Assembly: GCA_032128375.1 (NCBI GenBank)
Contig: JAQBGU010000050.1
Span: 1 to 63,249 of the forward strand
Length of the DNA stretch: 63,249 nt
Direction: 5' to 3'
Source of the DNA: Deltaproteobacteria bacterium
Lineage (GTDB): Bacteria > Myxococcota_A > UBA9160 > SMWR01
How positions within the stretch are numbered: the stretch's first letter is position 1; every line of letters starts with the position of its first letter. The position numbers and the translations under genes are program-made. A model generated the notes under the pieces. The model ran no database searches. It saw only the letters and a list, made by a program, of their open reading frames with translations, and was not told the DNA's origin. Below, piece after piece: positions 47,533-57,782 of this stretch.

Positions 47533-47857
47533 GTTCGCACAAGCTCCCGTGAGTGCCATAAGTACCCGAACCTGTATGTTTTTTCAATGAATTTCTGAAT
47601 TTGGAGGAGTGTTCCGGACACTCAACATCGCCCCGAAGAGAAAAAGAACTCTGAATTTGGGAAAATGAATTCCACTGTTCGCGGGTAGGAACCCATGATG
47701 TGACATTCCCGGGATTTGGGGGAGTAAGGACACGGGGGTTCTCGGACATTTCGTGGGGCGTGGTCCGACAGTGTCTCGGATCGATTTTCAACCCGTTTCA
47801 TGACACTCAATACGAATCCTGAGCGAGAGAGTTGATGGCGGCGAAGACTCTCGGGAT

Positions 47858-49750
47858 CTAGCGGTCGCCGGCGCTGGGTTCGCCGGCTCGCTCGAACGCC
47901 GCCATAGCACCCTCGCGATCGCCGAGTCCCATCAGCGCGCGTCCGACACCGCGATGCGCAGCGGCTGCCGACGGGTCGAGGGCGACGCTTCGCCGGTAGG
48001 CGGCCAGCGCTCCAGCGACATCGCCATTCCCCTCCAGAGCCCTTCCCAGAATCATCTCGATGTCGGGTCGCCTGGGTTGTACGCGCAGGACCGCACGCGC
48101 GTCCGTCTCGGCGCGCTCGAAATCACGCAATGTCAGTGCCGCCGCCGCCCTCATCGCCGCGACCACACTCCCGCTTTCTCCCTGGGCCTCGAGCAGCGCC
48201 AACGCATCCGCGGTCCGCCCGTCAGACATTGCGCCGTGCGCCGAAGCGATAACGCCGAGAATTCCGATTTCGTCCTTCGGGTCCCGGCCACCGACCACTC
48301 CCAGATTTGCGGCGGCTGCGCTCGCCAGGCCCCCCGGTACAGCGTAGCCCAGGCTCTCCAGCTCCTGGCGCTCGATCTCGGTAACCGTCCGCGGAGCCTC
48401 CGCCGTGGTGCGCGTCCGCCCTTCTGAAGTCAACAAATGCTCTGTCAACATCCGATCGAGCCGGCTCGCGACGTCGGGTTCTACCTCAGCTCGGTTGCTG
48501 CGCTCGGCTGGATCGCGAACCAGATCATAGAGTTCGGGATGCGGTGCCCGGATGAACTTGTATCGCCCTGAGCGAATCCCGAGCAACGGGCTCCAGCCAT
48601 GATCGAGTTGGGTGGCGAGCGTTTCCATGTAGGCGCTGCGCGCTGCCTGCTCGTCCCCCTCGATCAATGGAACCAGGTTGCGCCCCTCGGCGGCCGCCAA
48701 CGCCGGCGCCGCGCTGAGCGCCAATAGCGTAGGAGCGACATCGATCAGCCGAGCGAGCTGCGAAACGACGACTCCAGCGGGAAGACCCGGGCCCTGGAGG
48801 ATCAATGGGACGCGCTGGGTGGCCTCATAGATCGAATAGGAATGCGTGATCTCGCCGTGCTCGCCGAGGCTTTCACCGTGATCGCTGGTGATTGCAAGCA
48901 GCAGCTCTTCCGACCCCCAACGCTCTCGAATCCGGCCGAGTAGGCGACCGATCTGCGCATCGACATATGCGATCTCCCCCGCATAGAGATCGCTTGCGAA
49001 GGCGCTCGCGAACCCGCTCGGTGGCTTGTGGTCGCTGTGAGGGTCATAGAAGTGTACCCAGATAAAAAAGCGATCTGGCGCACCGTCCAGCCAGTCCAGC
49101 GTCGCATCGACGACCGCGCCGGCCGGTCGCTCGGCATAACCAACAACTCCCGACATCCGACCGCCGAATGCGTCGTCGTAGTCGTCAAAACCTCGGCTCA
49201 AACCGAAACGCCTGGAAAGCACCGCCGCTGCGACGAACGCCGCCGTTTCGAACCCCGCTGCCCGCATCTGCTCTGCGAGTGTCGGAATCTCGTCGCGCAG
49301 AACATAGATCGAATTGTGCCGGACGCCGTGGCTCGGTGGCTCTAGCCCGGTCATCAACGACGTGTGGGAGGGCAGCGTCAGGGGTGTTGGCGAAACGGCC
49401 GCCTCGAAGCGAACTCCAGCGGCGGCGGCGGCGTCCAAGCTGGGGGTGTGCGCTCGCGCGGCCCCATAGCAGCCCACGCGATCGGCCCGGAGTGTGTCGA
49501 TCGTGATCAACACGACGCGCTTCGGAGCTGGGGGGGGCAGAGCGTGCCGCCCACATCCGACGAGTGCCAAATGACATCCGAGCAGAAACCCTATCGCCCA
49601 GAGAGTTGCGAGAGTTGCGTATGAACGGCCACTCGAGTTGCACGCGCGTGATCGACGTTTGCAGTCGAAAATGCCGGCAGATTCAGTGCCGAGCAGAGTT
49701 CGAGTCCTAGACGAGTCCACAGCGCGCCGTATAATCGGCGCTCCGCCCAT
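47858..49750 (-). CDS. Sulfatase-like lipoprotein with C-terminal TPRs
   Basis: Lipobox-like LVGC, IDTLRAD, PLTLPSHTSLMTG, HFYDPH, SDHGESLGEHGE and LESLGY, then TPRs. Start uncertain (49720/49750). Confidence 0.82.
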   Translation of the reverse strand: MGGAPIIRRAVDSSRTRTLLGTESAGIFDCKRRSRACNSSGRSYATLATLWAIGFLLGCHLALVGCGRHALPPPAPKRVVLITIDTLRADRVGCYGAARAHTPSLDAAAAAGVRFEAAVSPTPLTLPSHTSLMTGLEPPSHGVRHNSIYVLRDEIPTLAEQMRAAGFETAAFVAAAVLSRRFGLSRGFDDYDDAFGGRMSGVVGYAERPAGAVVDATLDWLDGAPDRFFIWVHFYDPHSDHKPPSGFASAFASDLYAGEIAYVDAQIGRLLGRIRERWGSEELLLAITSDHGESLGEHGEITHSYSIYEATQRVPLILQGPGLPAGVVVSQLARLIDVAPTLLALSAAPALAAAEGRNLVPLIEGDEQAARSAYMETLATQLDHGWSPLLGIRSGRYKFIRAPHPELYDLVRDPAERSNRAEVEPDVASRLDRMLTEHLLTSEGRTRTTAEAPRTVTEIERQELESLGYAVPGGLASAAAANLGVVGGRDPKDEIGILGVIASAHGAMSDGRTADALALLEAQGESGSVVAAMRAAAALTLRDFERAETDARAVLRVQPRRPDIEMILGRALEGNGDVAGALAAYRRSVALDPSAAAAHRGVGRALMGLGDREGAMAAFERAGEPSAGDR

Positions 49751-49772
49751 TACTTGGAGGCCCCCTCCCCCG

Positions 49773-52238
49773 ATGTCCAGATTCATAATCACGCGATCGA
49801 CAGATTGCCAGCTTTCGACGCGAACGGCTCGCGACGAAGCCGAATGCGGGGCCGGCCAGCCGACACTGCGGCTACTCCTCACCGCCCTCGTCCTGAGTGG
49901 GCTCGCATTGGGCTGCAGTGGGGACATCGAATCGAGAATGGCCGAAGTCCGCGTCCTCCAGGATGTGGGCCAATTTACCGCGTCGATCGACGAGCTGCGC
50001 GAAATTCTCGCGATCTCGCCGGAATTGCCCGAAGCCAATTATCGGATCGGCGTCGCGCTCCAACAGACCGGAAACCCAAGCCGGGCAGTTTGGGCGCTGC
50101 AAAAGGCCAGCGAGACGCCGGACTATCAGATCCAGGCGACATTGCTGCTCGCCAGCGTCCAGTTCAATCTGAGCAATTTCGAGGAATCGATCCGGTCGGC
50201 GAATCGTGTGCTCGAGATCGATCCCAAGCGCGGCGTCGCGCTTCAGATCCGATCGAAAGCCAACCTCGCGATCAGCGCTCTCGACGAAGCTCTCGCCGAC
50301 ACTACGCGCCTGATGGAACTCTCGCCTGACGATTATACGAACTTGGTCGTTCACGCGACGGTGCTCGCCGAAATGGGCCGAATGGAAGAGGCGGAAACGG
50401 CCCAGTTTCTCGTCAAGGAAAGAGCCGAAGCGAGCGGAGATCCCCAGACGGCGAGTCGGGGCTGCTTGTCGCCTGCGTTGTTCGCGAAACTAGACCTCAA
50501 GAACATCGCCCGCGCCGAGGAACTCTACGAGGACTGCGCGTCGAAGTACCCCGACGATGCGTTCGTGATCCCGCATATCGTTTCATTCATGGACTCGATT
50601 GGCAAAGCTGACCGCGGGACGGAACTGATCGAAAGGGCCGTCACGGAAGCCCCCGAGAGCCTTGCGCTGAGGTCGACGCTCGCGGCCCGGCTTGCCGCAG
50701 CCGGCGAAAACGAGAAGGCGGAGGCGGTGCTGCTCGAGGCAGTCAATAGCTTCGGCTCGGCGGCCGCATGGAACCTGGTGGTCGGATTCAACCGCCATTT
50801 GGGCAATCCCGAAAGGGCACTCGAAGCGATCGACAAGGTCATCGAACTCACCGGAGGCGGCTCCGACCTGGTCCGGTTCACGCGAGCAGACCTGCTGATA
50901 GACGTCGGTGATCTAGAGCAGGCCGAACAGGTCGCACAGGGACTCGACGAACCCACCTACACGACAATGCTTCGAGGCCGAATCCATTTGGTTCGGGGAA
51001 ACGCAAAGGAAGCTCTCGCCGCGTTCGACGAGGGCATCGCCAACTGGCCCAACAACGCCGGAGCGCGCTATCTGGCCGGTGCCGCCGCCATGCAGTTGGG
51101 CGACTTCGAGCGAGCCATCGTCGAATTTCGCGAGTCCGTTCGGGTCGACAACACGGAAACCGATGCGGCACGGGCACTAGCGCATCTCTACTTCGAAAGG
51201 GGCGATTACGATCAGGCCGTCAACTTCGCGTCGATCGCTTTGAACAACCAGTTTCGCTCGGAGCGGCACCAGGATCTCAAGTTGGCCGCACGAGCCTTCG
51301 CGGCCATCGGTGACTTCGAAAAGGCGCGCATGGCGACACAGACGTTGTCGAAAATGACCGGCCACGAGGCGGAAGCTGCTGCAGAACTCGCCACAGTGGA
51401 GCGACTCGCATCCGGACCCGCCGCAGCCGTCGACGCGATCGAAAAGTCTGGTCTCGACCTTTCCGAACCGGCCAACGAAGTCGCACTTCGTGCGTGGGCC
51501 CAACACCTGGCGCTAGCTGGTCGGGCTGCCGATGCTGCCACTCGCGTCGGCGCGATCGCCCGCGCGCACCCCGACTCGGCTTCCCTGATCACACTCAATG
51601 GTGTTGTTCTCTCACAAGCGGGACGCATCGACGACGCTCGCGCCGAATTCGAACGCGCGCTCGACGTCGACCCCGAGGCCGCCGAAGCCCTCGCTGGACT
51701 CGGAACGATATCTGGCCAGCAAGGGGATACAGAAAAAGCGATCACATTGTACGACCAGGCCGCCGCGATCGATCACGGCACGGATTCCTACCCCTATGCG
51801 GCCGCGCAACTGCTGCTGCAAGCCGGTGACCGGACGGCCGCGATAGCGCGGTTGCGAATCATCGTCCGCGAATTTCCCGGGCAAGCAGAAGCCCGCAACG
51901 ACCTGGCCTGGGTGCTGGCGGATGACGGGAAAGAACTCGACCTCGCGCTGAAGCTTGCGGAGGTGGCCAGTCAATTGAATCCCGCGCCGGATATCCTGGA
52001 CACGCTTGGCTTCGTACACATGCAACGAGGGGAATTTTCGGCAGCCGTCGCGATACTCGAAAAAGCGGTCGGGAGCGGCGAAGCTCCACCGTCGATTCGC
52101 TATCGACTCGGAATGGCCCTGAGTCGGACCGGCGACCCGCAGCGCGCGAGAGAAATGCTATCGGGCGCTCTCGAAGCCGGCCCTTTCCCCGAGGCTGACG
52201 AAGCTCGACGCCAACTCGCGCAGCTCGATCAGCGATAG
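49773..52238 (+). CDS. TPR-repeat lipoprotein, PrsT-like
   Basis: Lipobox-like LALGC and a long TPR array ending in NDLAW..DTLGFV. TATAAT at 49730 and SD GGAGG upstream. Confidence 0.75.
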   Translation: MSRFIITRSTDCQLSTRTARDEAECGAGQPTLRLLLTALVLSGLALGCSGDIESRMAEVRVLQDVGQFTASIDELREILAISPELPEANYRIGVALQQTGNPSRAVWALQKASETPDYQIQATLLLASVQFNLSNFEESIRSANRVLEIDPKRGVALQIRSKANLAISALDEALADTTRLMELSPDDYTNLVVHATVLAEMGRMEEAETAQFLVKERAEASGDPQTASRGCLSPALFAKLDLKNIARAEELYEDCASKYPDDAFVIPHIVSFMDSIGKADRGTELIERAVTEAPESLALRSTLAARLAAAGENEKAEAVLLEAVNSFGSAAAWNLVVGFNRHLGNPERALEAIDKVIELTGGGSDLVRFTRADLLIDVGDLEQAEQVAQGLDEPTYTTMLRGRIHLVRGNAKEALAAFDEGIANWPNNAGARYLAGAAAMQLGDFERAIVEFRESVRVDNTETDAARALAHLYFERGDYDQAVNFASIALNNQFRSERHQDLKLAARAFAAIGDFEKARMATQTLSKMTGHEAEAAAELATVERLASGPAAAVDAIEKSGLDLSEPANEVALRAWAQHLALAGRAADAATRVGAIARAHPDSASLITLNGVVLSQAGRIDDARAEFERALDVDPEAAEALAGLGTISGQQGDTEKAITLYDQAAAIDHGTDSYPYAAAQLLLQAGDRTAAIARLRIIVREFPGQAEARNDLAWVLADDGKELDLALKLAEVASQLNPAPDILDTLGFVHMQRGEFSAAVAILEKAVGSGEAPPSIRYRLGMALSRTGDPQRAREMLSGALEAGPFPEADEARRQLAQLDQR

Positions 52239-52244
52239 CTCGCG

Positions 52245-54698
52245 ATGCTGCGCCCGCGGTTCACATCGCAGCTTGCGGTCATCGCATGTCTGGCGTGTTC
52301 CAGCCCAGAGGAACGCCTGGCGGAGCATCTCGAAAATGGGGCGCGCTTCGTCGAGCAGAGGGACTTCGACGCTGCCCTCGTCGAATACCGCAGCGCGCTC
52401 ATGCTTGCTCCGAGAAACGCGGAAGTCAACGAGCGTCTCGGTGAGCAGCTTGCAGTTTCACAGCCGAGCGACGCTGCGGTTTACTATCGAGACGCATTCC
52501 GCCTCGATCCCGGACGGATCCAGGCTGCGCTCAAGGCGGCAAGGCTCATGTCGCTGAGAGACCTCGATGCCGCGACCCAGCTCGTAAACGAAGTAGTGTC
52601 AAAAGCACCCGATAGCGCGATCGCGTACATCGGAAAATCCGAGTTGGCACTGCTCCGCAACGATAGTCGGGGCGCACTCGACGCGGCGCGGGTGGCGCGC
52701 AAGCTCGATCCCGAGTCGGTATACAGTTGGCATCAAGTAGGCAGGGCGTATCAGGCTCGAATCGTCGAAGGACAACACCGCAAACAAAGCATCGATCGCG
52801 ATTGCGAGGCCGCCATCGACGCCTTCAGCAAGGCTGATGAGCTGGCTTCGGGTTCCATCCCGGCGCGGCTCGAATTGGCGCGTGTCTACGCGTCGCGACA
52901 CTCGGACTGGGATCGCTCCCGAACCGCATTCAAGAGTGCGATGGAGCTTGCGAAGGAGACCGGCAGCTTGCGAGATCGGTTGCAGATCGCCGAGGCCGCC
53001 CTGCAATTCTCGAGCGCAGTGGACGATCCAATCTACACTGATTGGGCGCTGCGCGCGGTGATAGAAGCGGCTCCCGACCAACTGCTTGCGTGGAGCCGGC
53101 TTGCGATGCTCGAGGATGCTCGCGGTGGCGATGGGCTTGCGGTCGTAGAAGAACTCATCGGCAAGCGCCCCTCGGACGTATCAGCGCAGCTCATCTACGT
53201 CGCCTACTTGACTTCAAACCGACAGGCAGCACGGGCACTTTCGCATCTCCGCGAACTGTTGGATTCCGGTTTGGATGCTCCAGAGTTCTGGGAACAGATT
53301 GCGCGCATTCAAATCCAGCGCGGCAGGATCGCCGCCGCGCGCGCGACCTACGTCTCGATGCTCGACCATCATCCCGAACACGCTGTGTCTCGACGGACCG
53401 ATGCCCGAATAGCCATCGCTGAAGGACGCTATCAGGCGGCATCCGATTCCCTCAGGAAGCTGTCGGCTGAATCGGATAGCCAGCAGATCCAATTTCTGCT
53501 CGCCATGTCGGAGTTTGGCCGGGGCAATCTGCCTAACGCCGCAGCAGCAATCGACAGAGCCGAGGCCGAATCAGGTGCCACCCCACGGGATGTGATCCGT
53601 CTGAGGGCTCGGATACATCACGCCGCTGGAGAGTTTGGGCTGGCCGTCCGATCGTTTCGGGAACTGGCGAAGGGCGGCGCGACCCTCAGACCCAGCGAGT
53701 CATTGATGTTGGCGCAGAGCTTGTACGAGAACAAAGCTGCCCGTCGCGGGCGCAAGCTCCTCAAAATCCTTCTCGAAAAACCGAGACCACTTGCAGCGGC
53801 CGCTGCGGAATTTGCGCGAAGAGAGGGCAAACGCCAACCGAAGAAAGCCTACGAGTATCTGACCGCAGCGCTCGTGTACAACCCGGTTGATATTGCCGTT
53901 CTCGAGGAACTGACAAGAATCGACACTGCCGCCGGACACGTGGAACCGGCCATACTTCGGCTGAACAAAGCACTCGAGACCGGGCGCGCCAAACCGCAGG
54001 TCGTCTTGCTTCGGGGTCGCGCACTCGCCGAGTCGGGGCAATACGCAAAAGCAGAGCGCGATGTGCTGCGGGCGCTCGAAGCCGAACCGATGCTGGAAGG
54101 TGCGATCGACTTGCTGTTCTCGATCTACTTGAACCAGGGAACCCTCCTCGATGCCCAGAACTCGTTCGAGGAGGCCGAAGCCGCCGGTGTGCTGCATTCC
54201 GGCGCGCGCCAGCTACTCGGCCGAATCTATCGTCACCACGGCGAAACCGGTCGCGCGAGGCAGATCCTCGAGAAACTCGAGACCGCGGATCCGAATATGC
54301 TGGGCGCCAAGTCTGACCTTGCAATGCTGCTCGCAGCGGATGATACCGAACTCGATCGGGCACTGGAGCTCGCAGAGGACGTCCAGCAACATCGCAGCCG
54401 CGATGCGAGTGCCGCCGACGTCGTGGGTTTTGTCTATCTCCGGAAGGGATTGAATGAAGCAGCTCTCCAGCAATTCCAGTTCGCAATCGAACTCGACGAA
54501 CTTCACCAGCGGCCATCGACACCCCAGCGCCAGTACCATTTAGGGCTTGCGCTGCGTGCAATGAGCCGCAACGCAGAAGCATCGCAGGCCTTCGCAGAGG
54601 CCTTGCGACTCGATCCCGAATTCCCGTCCTCGGAGGACGCCAGAATCCAACTCGAGGCCACCCGATCTTCCGATGGATTCATATCCGACTCGTCGTAG
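52245..54698 (+). CDS. TPR-repeat lipoprotein, PrsT-like
   Basis: Lipobox CLAC-SSPEER..HLENG..AALVEYRSAL, a TPR array, and DVVGFVY..YHLGLAL. Confidence 0.75.
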   Translation: MLRPRFTSQLAVIACLACSSPEERLAEHLENGARFVEQRDFDAALVEYRSALMLAPRNAEVNERLGEQLAVSQPSDAAVYYRDAFRLDPGRIQAALKAARLMSLRDLDAATQLVNEVVSKAPDSAIAYIGKSELALLRNDSRGALDAARVARKLDPESVYSWHQVGRAYQARIVEGQHRKQSIDRDCEAAIDAFSKADELASGSIPARLELARVYASRHSDWDRSRTAFKSAMELAKETGSLRDRLQIAEAALQFSSAVDDPIYTDWALRAVIEAAPDQLLAWSRLAMLEDARGGDGLAVVEELIGKRPSDVSAQLIYVAYLTSNRQAARALSHLRELLDSGLDAPEFWEQIARIQIQRGRIAAARATYVSMLDHHPEHAVSRRTDARIAIAEGRYQAASDSLRKLSAESDSQQIQFLLAMSEFGRGNLPNAAAAIDRAEAESGATPRDVIRLRARIHHAAGEFGLAVRSFRELAKGGATLRPSESLMLAQSLYENKAARRGRKLLKILLEKPRPLAAAAAEFARREGKRQPKKAYEYLTAALVYNPVDIAVLEELTRIDTAAGHVEPAILRLNKALETGRAKPQVVLLRGRALAESGQYAKAERDVLRALEAEPMLEGAIDLLFSIYLNQGTLLDAQNSFEEAEAAGVLHSGARQLLGRIYRHHGETGRARQILEKLETADPNMLGAKSDLAMLLAADDTELDRALELAEDVQQHRSRDASAADVVGFVYLRKGLNEAALQQFQFAIELDELHQRPSTPQRQYHLGLALRAMSRNAEASQAFAEALRLDPEFPSSEDARIQLEATRSSDGFISDSS

Positions 54699-54713
54699 AT
54701 CGTCACTCGCCGG

Positions 54714-57700
54714 TTGCGAGCACGTCGCCTGAGGGTGGATCGGCAGTTCGCGGCGGTTCTTCTGTGTTTCGCAATGTCCGGATTCGCGGCATTGTTGTAC
54801 CAGACAGCCTGGCTGCGCGAATTCGCATTCGTATTCGGGACTGCTGAACTCGCAGTCGTCAGTGTGCTGGCGGCTTACATGGCGGGTCTGGCCGGTGGAG
54901 CGGCGGTTGCCGCTCGATTTGCGTCTCGCATTCGTCGACCTGTTCTCGTCTATGGAGCACTCGAGCTCGGCATAGCGGCGTGCGCCTTGGCCGTTCCGCG
55001 GGGCCTCGATCTTGCGACTCGCCTGTACGTCGTCATGTTCGGTGGACGCTCGTCACCTCCGGATGAGGGGCAGCTGACTGGCACGCTCTTTTTTGCGCTG
55101 GCGTCGTTCGTGATACTGGCGATTCCTACCGGGCTCATGGGTATCACGCTGCCCTTGTTGGCTCGCTATGCAATTCGAAAACAAGAAGAAATCGGCAGCC
55201 GGATCGCATGGTTGTACGCGATCAACACCGGCGGCGCCGTCGTTGGGACCTTGTGTGCGGCTTTCGTACTGCTTCCGGAGATTGGACTTCGCTCCACCAT
55301 GCATGTCGGCGTGTTGGTCAATGGCCTGACTTTCTTGGTTGCGGTGCTCGTCGCGCGCACCACCCCGGCCGTCGCCATGGAAGCGCCCAAGACGATCGAG
55401 CCGCGCCCGGGCATTGGTGCCAACTGGATTCTTCCGGTAATCGCAGTCTCGGGCGCCGTTTCCTTTGGCTTCGAAGTGCTATGGACGCGATTGTTGGGTC
55501 AAGTTCTCGGCGGAAGTGTCTACGCATTCGCCACCATGCTCTCGAGCTTCCTGCTCGGCATCGCGTTGGGCAGCGCGGTGGCCGCGCGGTTCGCTAGCGA
55601 CCTGGGAAATTCCACTCGGGGCTTCGCAATCGCACAGCTCGGGACCGCGACGGCATCGCTCGCGGCTTACGGTGCTCTGGGCTGGGCACCCACCTTGGCG
55701 CGCGCGATCGGTGCAAGTTCACACGGGACGCTGGCTCCCAATGCGATGGTGGCTGCCGCATTCCTGTTACCCTCTGCGCTGTTCATCGGCGCGAGCTTCC
55801 CATTGGCGGTGCGCATCCTTGCGCGAAACGCCAGCGAGGCCGCGGCAGCGAGCGCCCGGGTCTACGCGTGGAATACGACAGGCTCCATCGCCGGGGCGCT
55901 GTCGACCGGCCTCGTGTTGCTTCCTGAACTCGGATTCGAAGGGCTGATTCGATTCGCGTGCGCGACCAATCTCCTTCTGGCGCTTGCGGCGTGTTGGTTT
56001 TCGAACCCCCCGCTGCGCGTGCCGGCGACCGCAGCGGCCATCGGCTTGGCCTGTCTGGTCTCATTTGCTCCCGATCCCCCCTGGCAGATTTTGCGGACGA
56101 GCCCATCGGGGGCTGTAGCGAGTGGCGAGGTCAGTTACTACGGCGTCGGGCGATCTGCAACGGTGTTGTTGCTCAACCCCGGAACGAGTTGGCGCCTGAC
56201 CACGGGTGGCCTCAACGAGGCGGAAATCCGACCGCCCGGATCGCGGCTCGGACAGGCCGCGACGACTCGTTGGCTCGCACTGCTGCCGATCCTGGCGCGT
56301 CCAGAATCCGAAGATGTCCTGTTGATCGGACTCGGTGGCGGCCTCACGTTGCAGGCAATTCCATCAACTGTAAAACACATCGACGTGATCGAACTCGAAT
56401 CCGAGGTCGTCGCGGCGAACCGCGCAGTGTCTAGCGAGCGCGACTTCGACCCTCTCGTAGACCCTCGAGCCCAAATCCATGTCAACGACGCGCGTGGTTC
56501 GCTGGTGCTGACCACGCGTCGCTACGACGCGATCATTTCGCAGCCGTCGCACCCCTGGACTGCCGGCGCATCTCATCTATACACGCAAGAGTTTTTTTCG
56601 CTGGTTCGAGATCACCTGAACCCGGGTGGTGTATTCTCGCAGTGGATCGGATTGCGCTTCGTCGACGAAGATCTGCTTCGCACGATCGTCGCAACGCTCC
56701 AGGACACTTTCGTCAACGTACGCCTCTATCAGCCAGTCACAGGTTCCGTCGTGTTTCTGGCATCCGACTCCGAATTGGATCTCGAAGAAAGTGCCCCCCG
56801 AGCCCTGGCGATGGCGGCACCCGACTTCGCGCGTTATGGACTCCCCACGCCCGAAGACGTCGTAGCGGGACTGGCAATGAACGAGGCCGGGGCACGCCAT
56901 TTTGCTCGGGGCGGCAAGGTCAACACGGATCACAACAACCGCCTGGCCGCTCGTTCACCCCGACTACTTCCGCGCGAGTCAATGGGTCAAGGTCGCGTAC
57001 TGAAGGTCTTCGCTGCCTATGATCCGCCCGAGGCTCATGCCGAGGGATTCCAATCGACCTATCTGGCGCGCCGTCTGTCGATCGTGTCCGGCGTCGAGCG
57101 CGCGAGCCGATTCATACGCGCGATCGCCGACCCCGCCGAGCAGGCCGCTGCTCGGGGATGGATCGATTACTGGAGCCAGCGTCCCAGCGCAGCCCGGCTT
57201 CAGTTCGAGCGCGCGCGCGATTTGGACCCGGATTCGATCGAGGCCCTCGGCGGACTACTACTTCTCGAACGGTCGCGGATTCTGCACGACGAATACTCCG
57301 AGACATTGGCAGCGCTTTCGGTGCTACCGACGCAGGAAGCAGCCGTGGTGTCGGGATGGAGGGCACAGTCCCGGAATGATCTGACTCCCCTGCGCGAACT
57401 CGACCATACGTTGGCGACGCTCGATTCGCGACATCCTCTGTACGCGGAGTCCGCTCGGCTTCGGGCGAAGTGGCGACTTCGCGAGGGCGGCCAGCAGCGG
57501 GCCCGCGAAGCGCTCGCGATCGTCGACGCGATTGCGCAGGTTCAGCCCGTCGCGGCCGACCTGATACTGCGTGCGAAAGCGGCGCTGGCTGCCGGATTTC
57601 CGCTAGGCGCGCTTTCGTCGATCGAAGAGGTCGCAGGCCTGATTCAGAACCGAAGTCAGCTGCAGGCGATGGGTGTGTTTGCGATCCTCGACGCCGTACC

Positions 57701-57764
57701 GGCAGGCGTCGCAGACATTGCCGTGACTCGCCTCCGCGAAGAGTTGCGGTCTCGAAGCGAATGA
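54714..57764 (+). CDS. Fused MFS-like membrane domain / spermidine-synthase-like SAM-binding protein
   Basis: SGFAALLYQ..W, YAINTGG, duplicated TM bundle, VLLIGLGGG, IELE, NDAR and YDAIISQPSHPW. Confidence 0.85.
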   Translation: MRARRLRVDRQFAAVLLCFAMSGFAALLYQTAWLREFAFVFGTAELAVVSVLAAYMAGLAGGAAVAARFASRIRRPVLVYGALELGIAACALAVPRGLDLATRLYVVMFGGRSSPPDEGQLTGTLFFALASFVILAIPTGLMGITLPLLARYAIRKQEEIGSRIAWLYAINTGGAVVGTLCAAFVLLPEIGLRSTMHVGVLVNGLTFLVAVLVARTTPAVAMEAPKTIEPRPGIGANWILPVIAVSGAVSFGFEVLWTRLLGQVLGGSVYAFATMLSSFLLGIALGSAVAARFASDLGNSTRGFAIAQLGTATASLAAYGALGWAPTLARAIGASSHGTLAPNAMVAAAFLLPSALFIGASFPLAVRILARNASEAAAASARVYAWNTTGSIAGALSTGLVLLPELGFEGLIRFACATNLLLALAACWFSNPPLRVPATAAAIGLACLVSFAPDPPWQILRTSPSGAVASGEVSYYGVGRSATVLLLNPGTSWRLTTGGLNEAEIRPPGSRLGQAATTRWLALLPILARPESEDVLLIGLGGGLTLQAIPSTVKHIDVIELESEVVAANRAVSSERDFDPLVDPRAQIHVNDARGSLVLTTRRYDAIISQPSHPWTAGASHLYTQEFFSLVRDHLNPGGVFSQWIGLRFVDEDLLRTIVATLQDTFVNVRLYQPVTGSVVFLASDSELDLEESAPRALAMAAPDFARYGLPTPEDVVAGLAMNEAGARHFARGGKVNTDHNNRLAARSPRLLPRESMGQGRVLKVFAAYDPPEAHAEGFQSTYLARRLSIVSGVERASRFIRAIADPAEQAAARGWIDYWSQRPSAARLQFERARDLDPDSIEALGGLLLLERSRILHDEYSETLAALSVLPTQEAAVVSGWRAQSRNDLTPLRELDHTLATLDSRHPLYAESARLRAKWRLREGGQQRAREALAIVDAIAQVQPVAADLILRAKAALAAGFPLGALSSIEEVAGLIQNRSQLQAMGVFAILDAVPAGVADIAVTRLREELRSRSE

Positions 57765-57782
57765 GTACCGACGACTCAGAGA

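Noticed and set aside
47543..47559. Second TGGCAC upstream of the sigma54 promoter
   Set aside because: No TTGC at -12 spacing, so it was not called as a second promoter.
49751..50038. 5' extension of the sulfatase-TPR ORF; likewise 61216-61566 and 47325-47441
   Set aside because: These overlap divergent genes or promoters, and better starts with an SD or signal peptide lie downstream.
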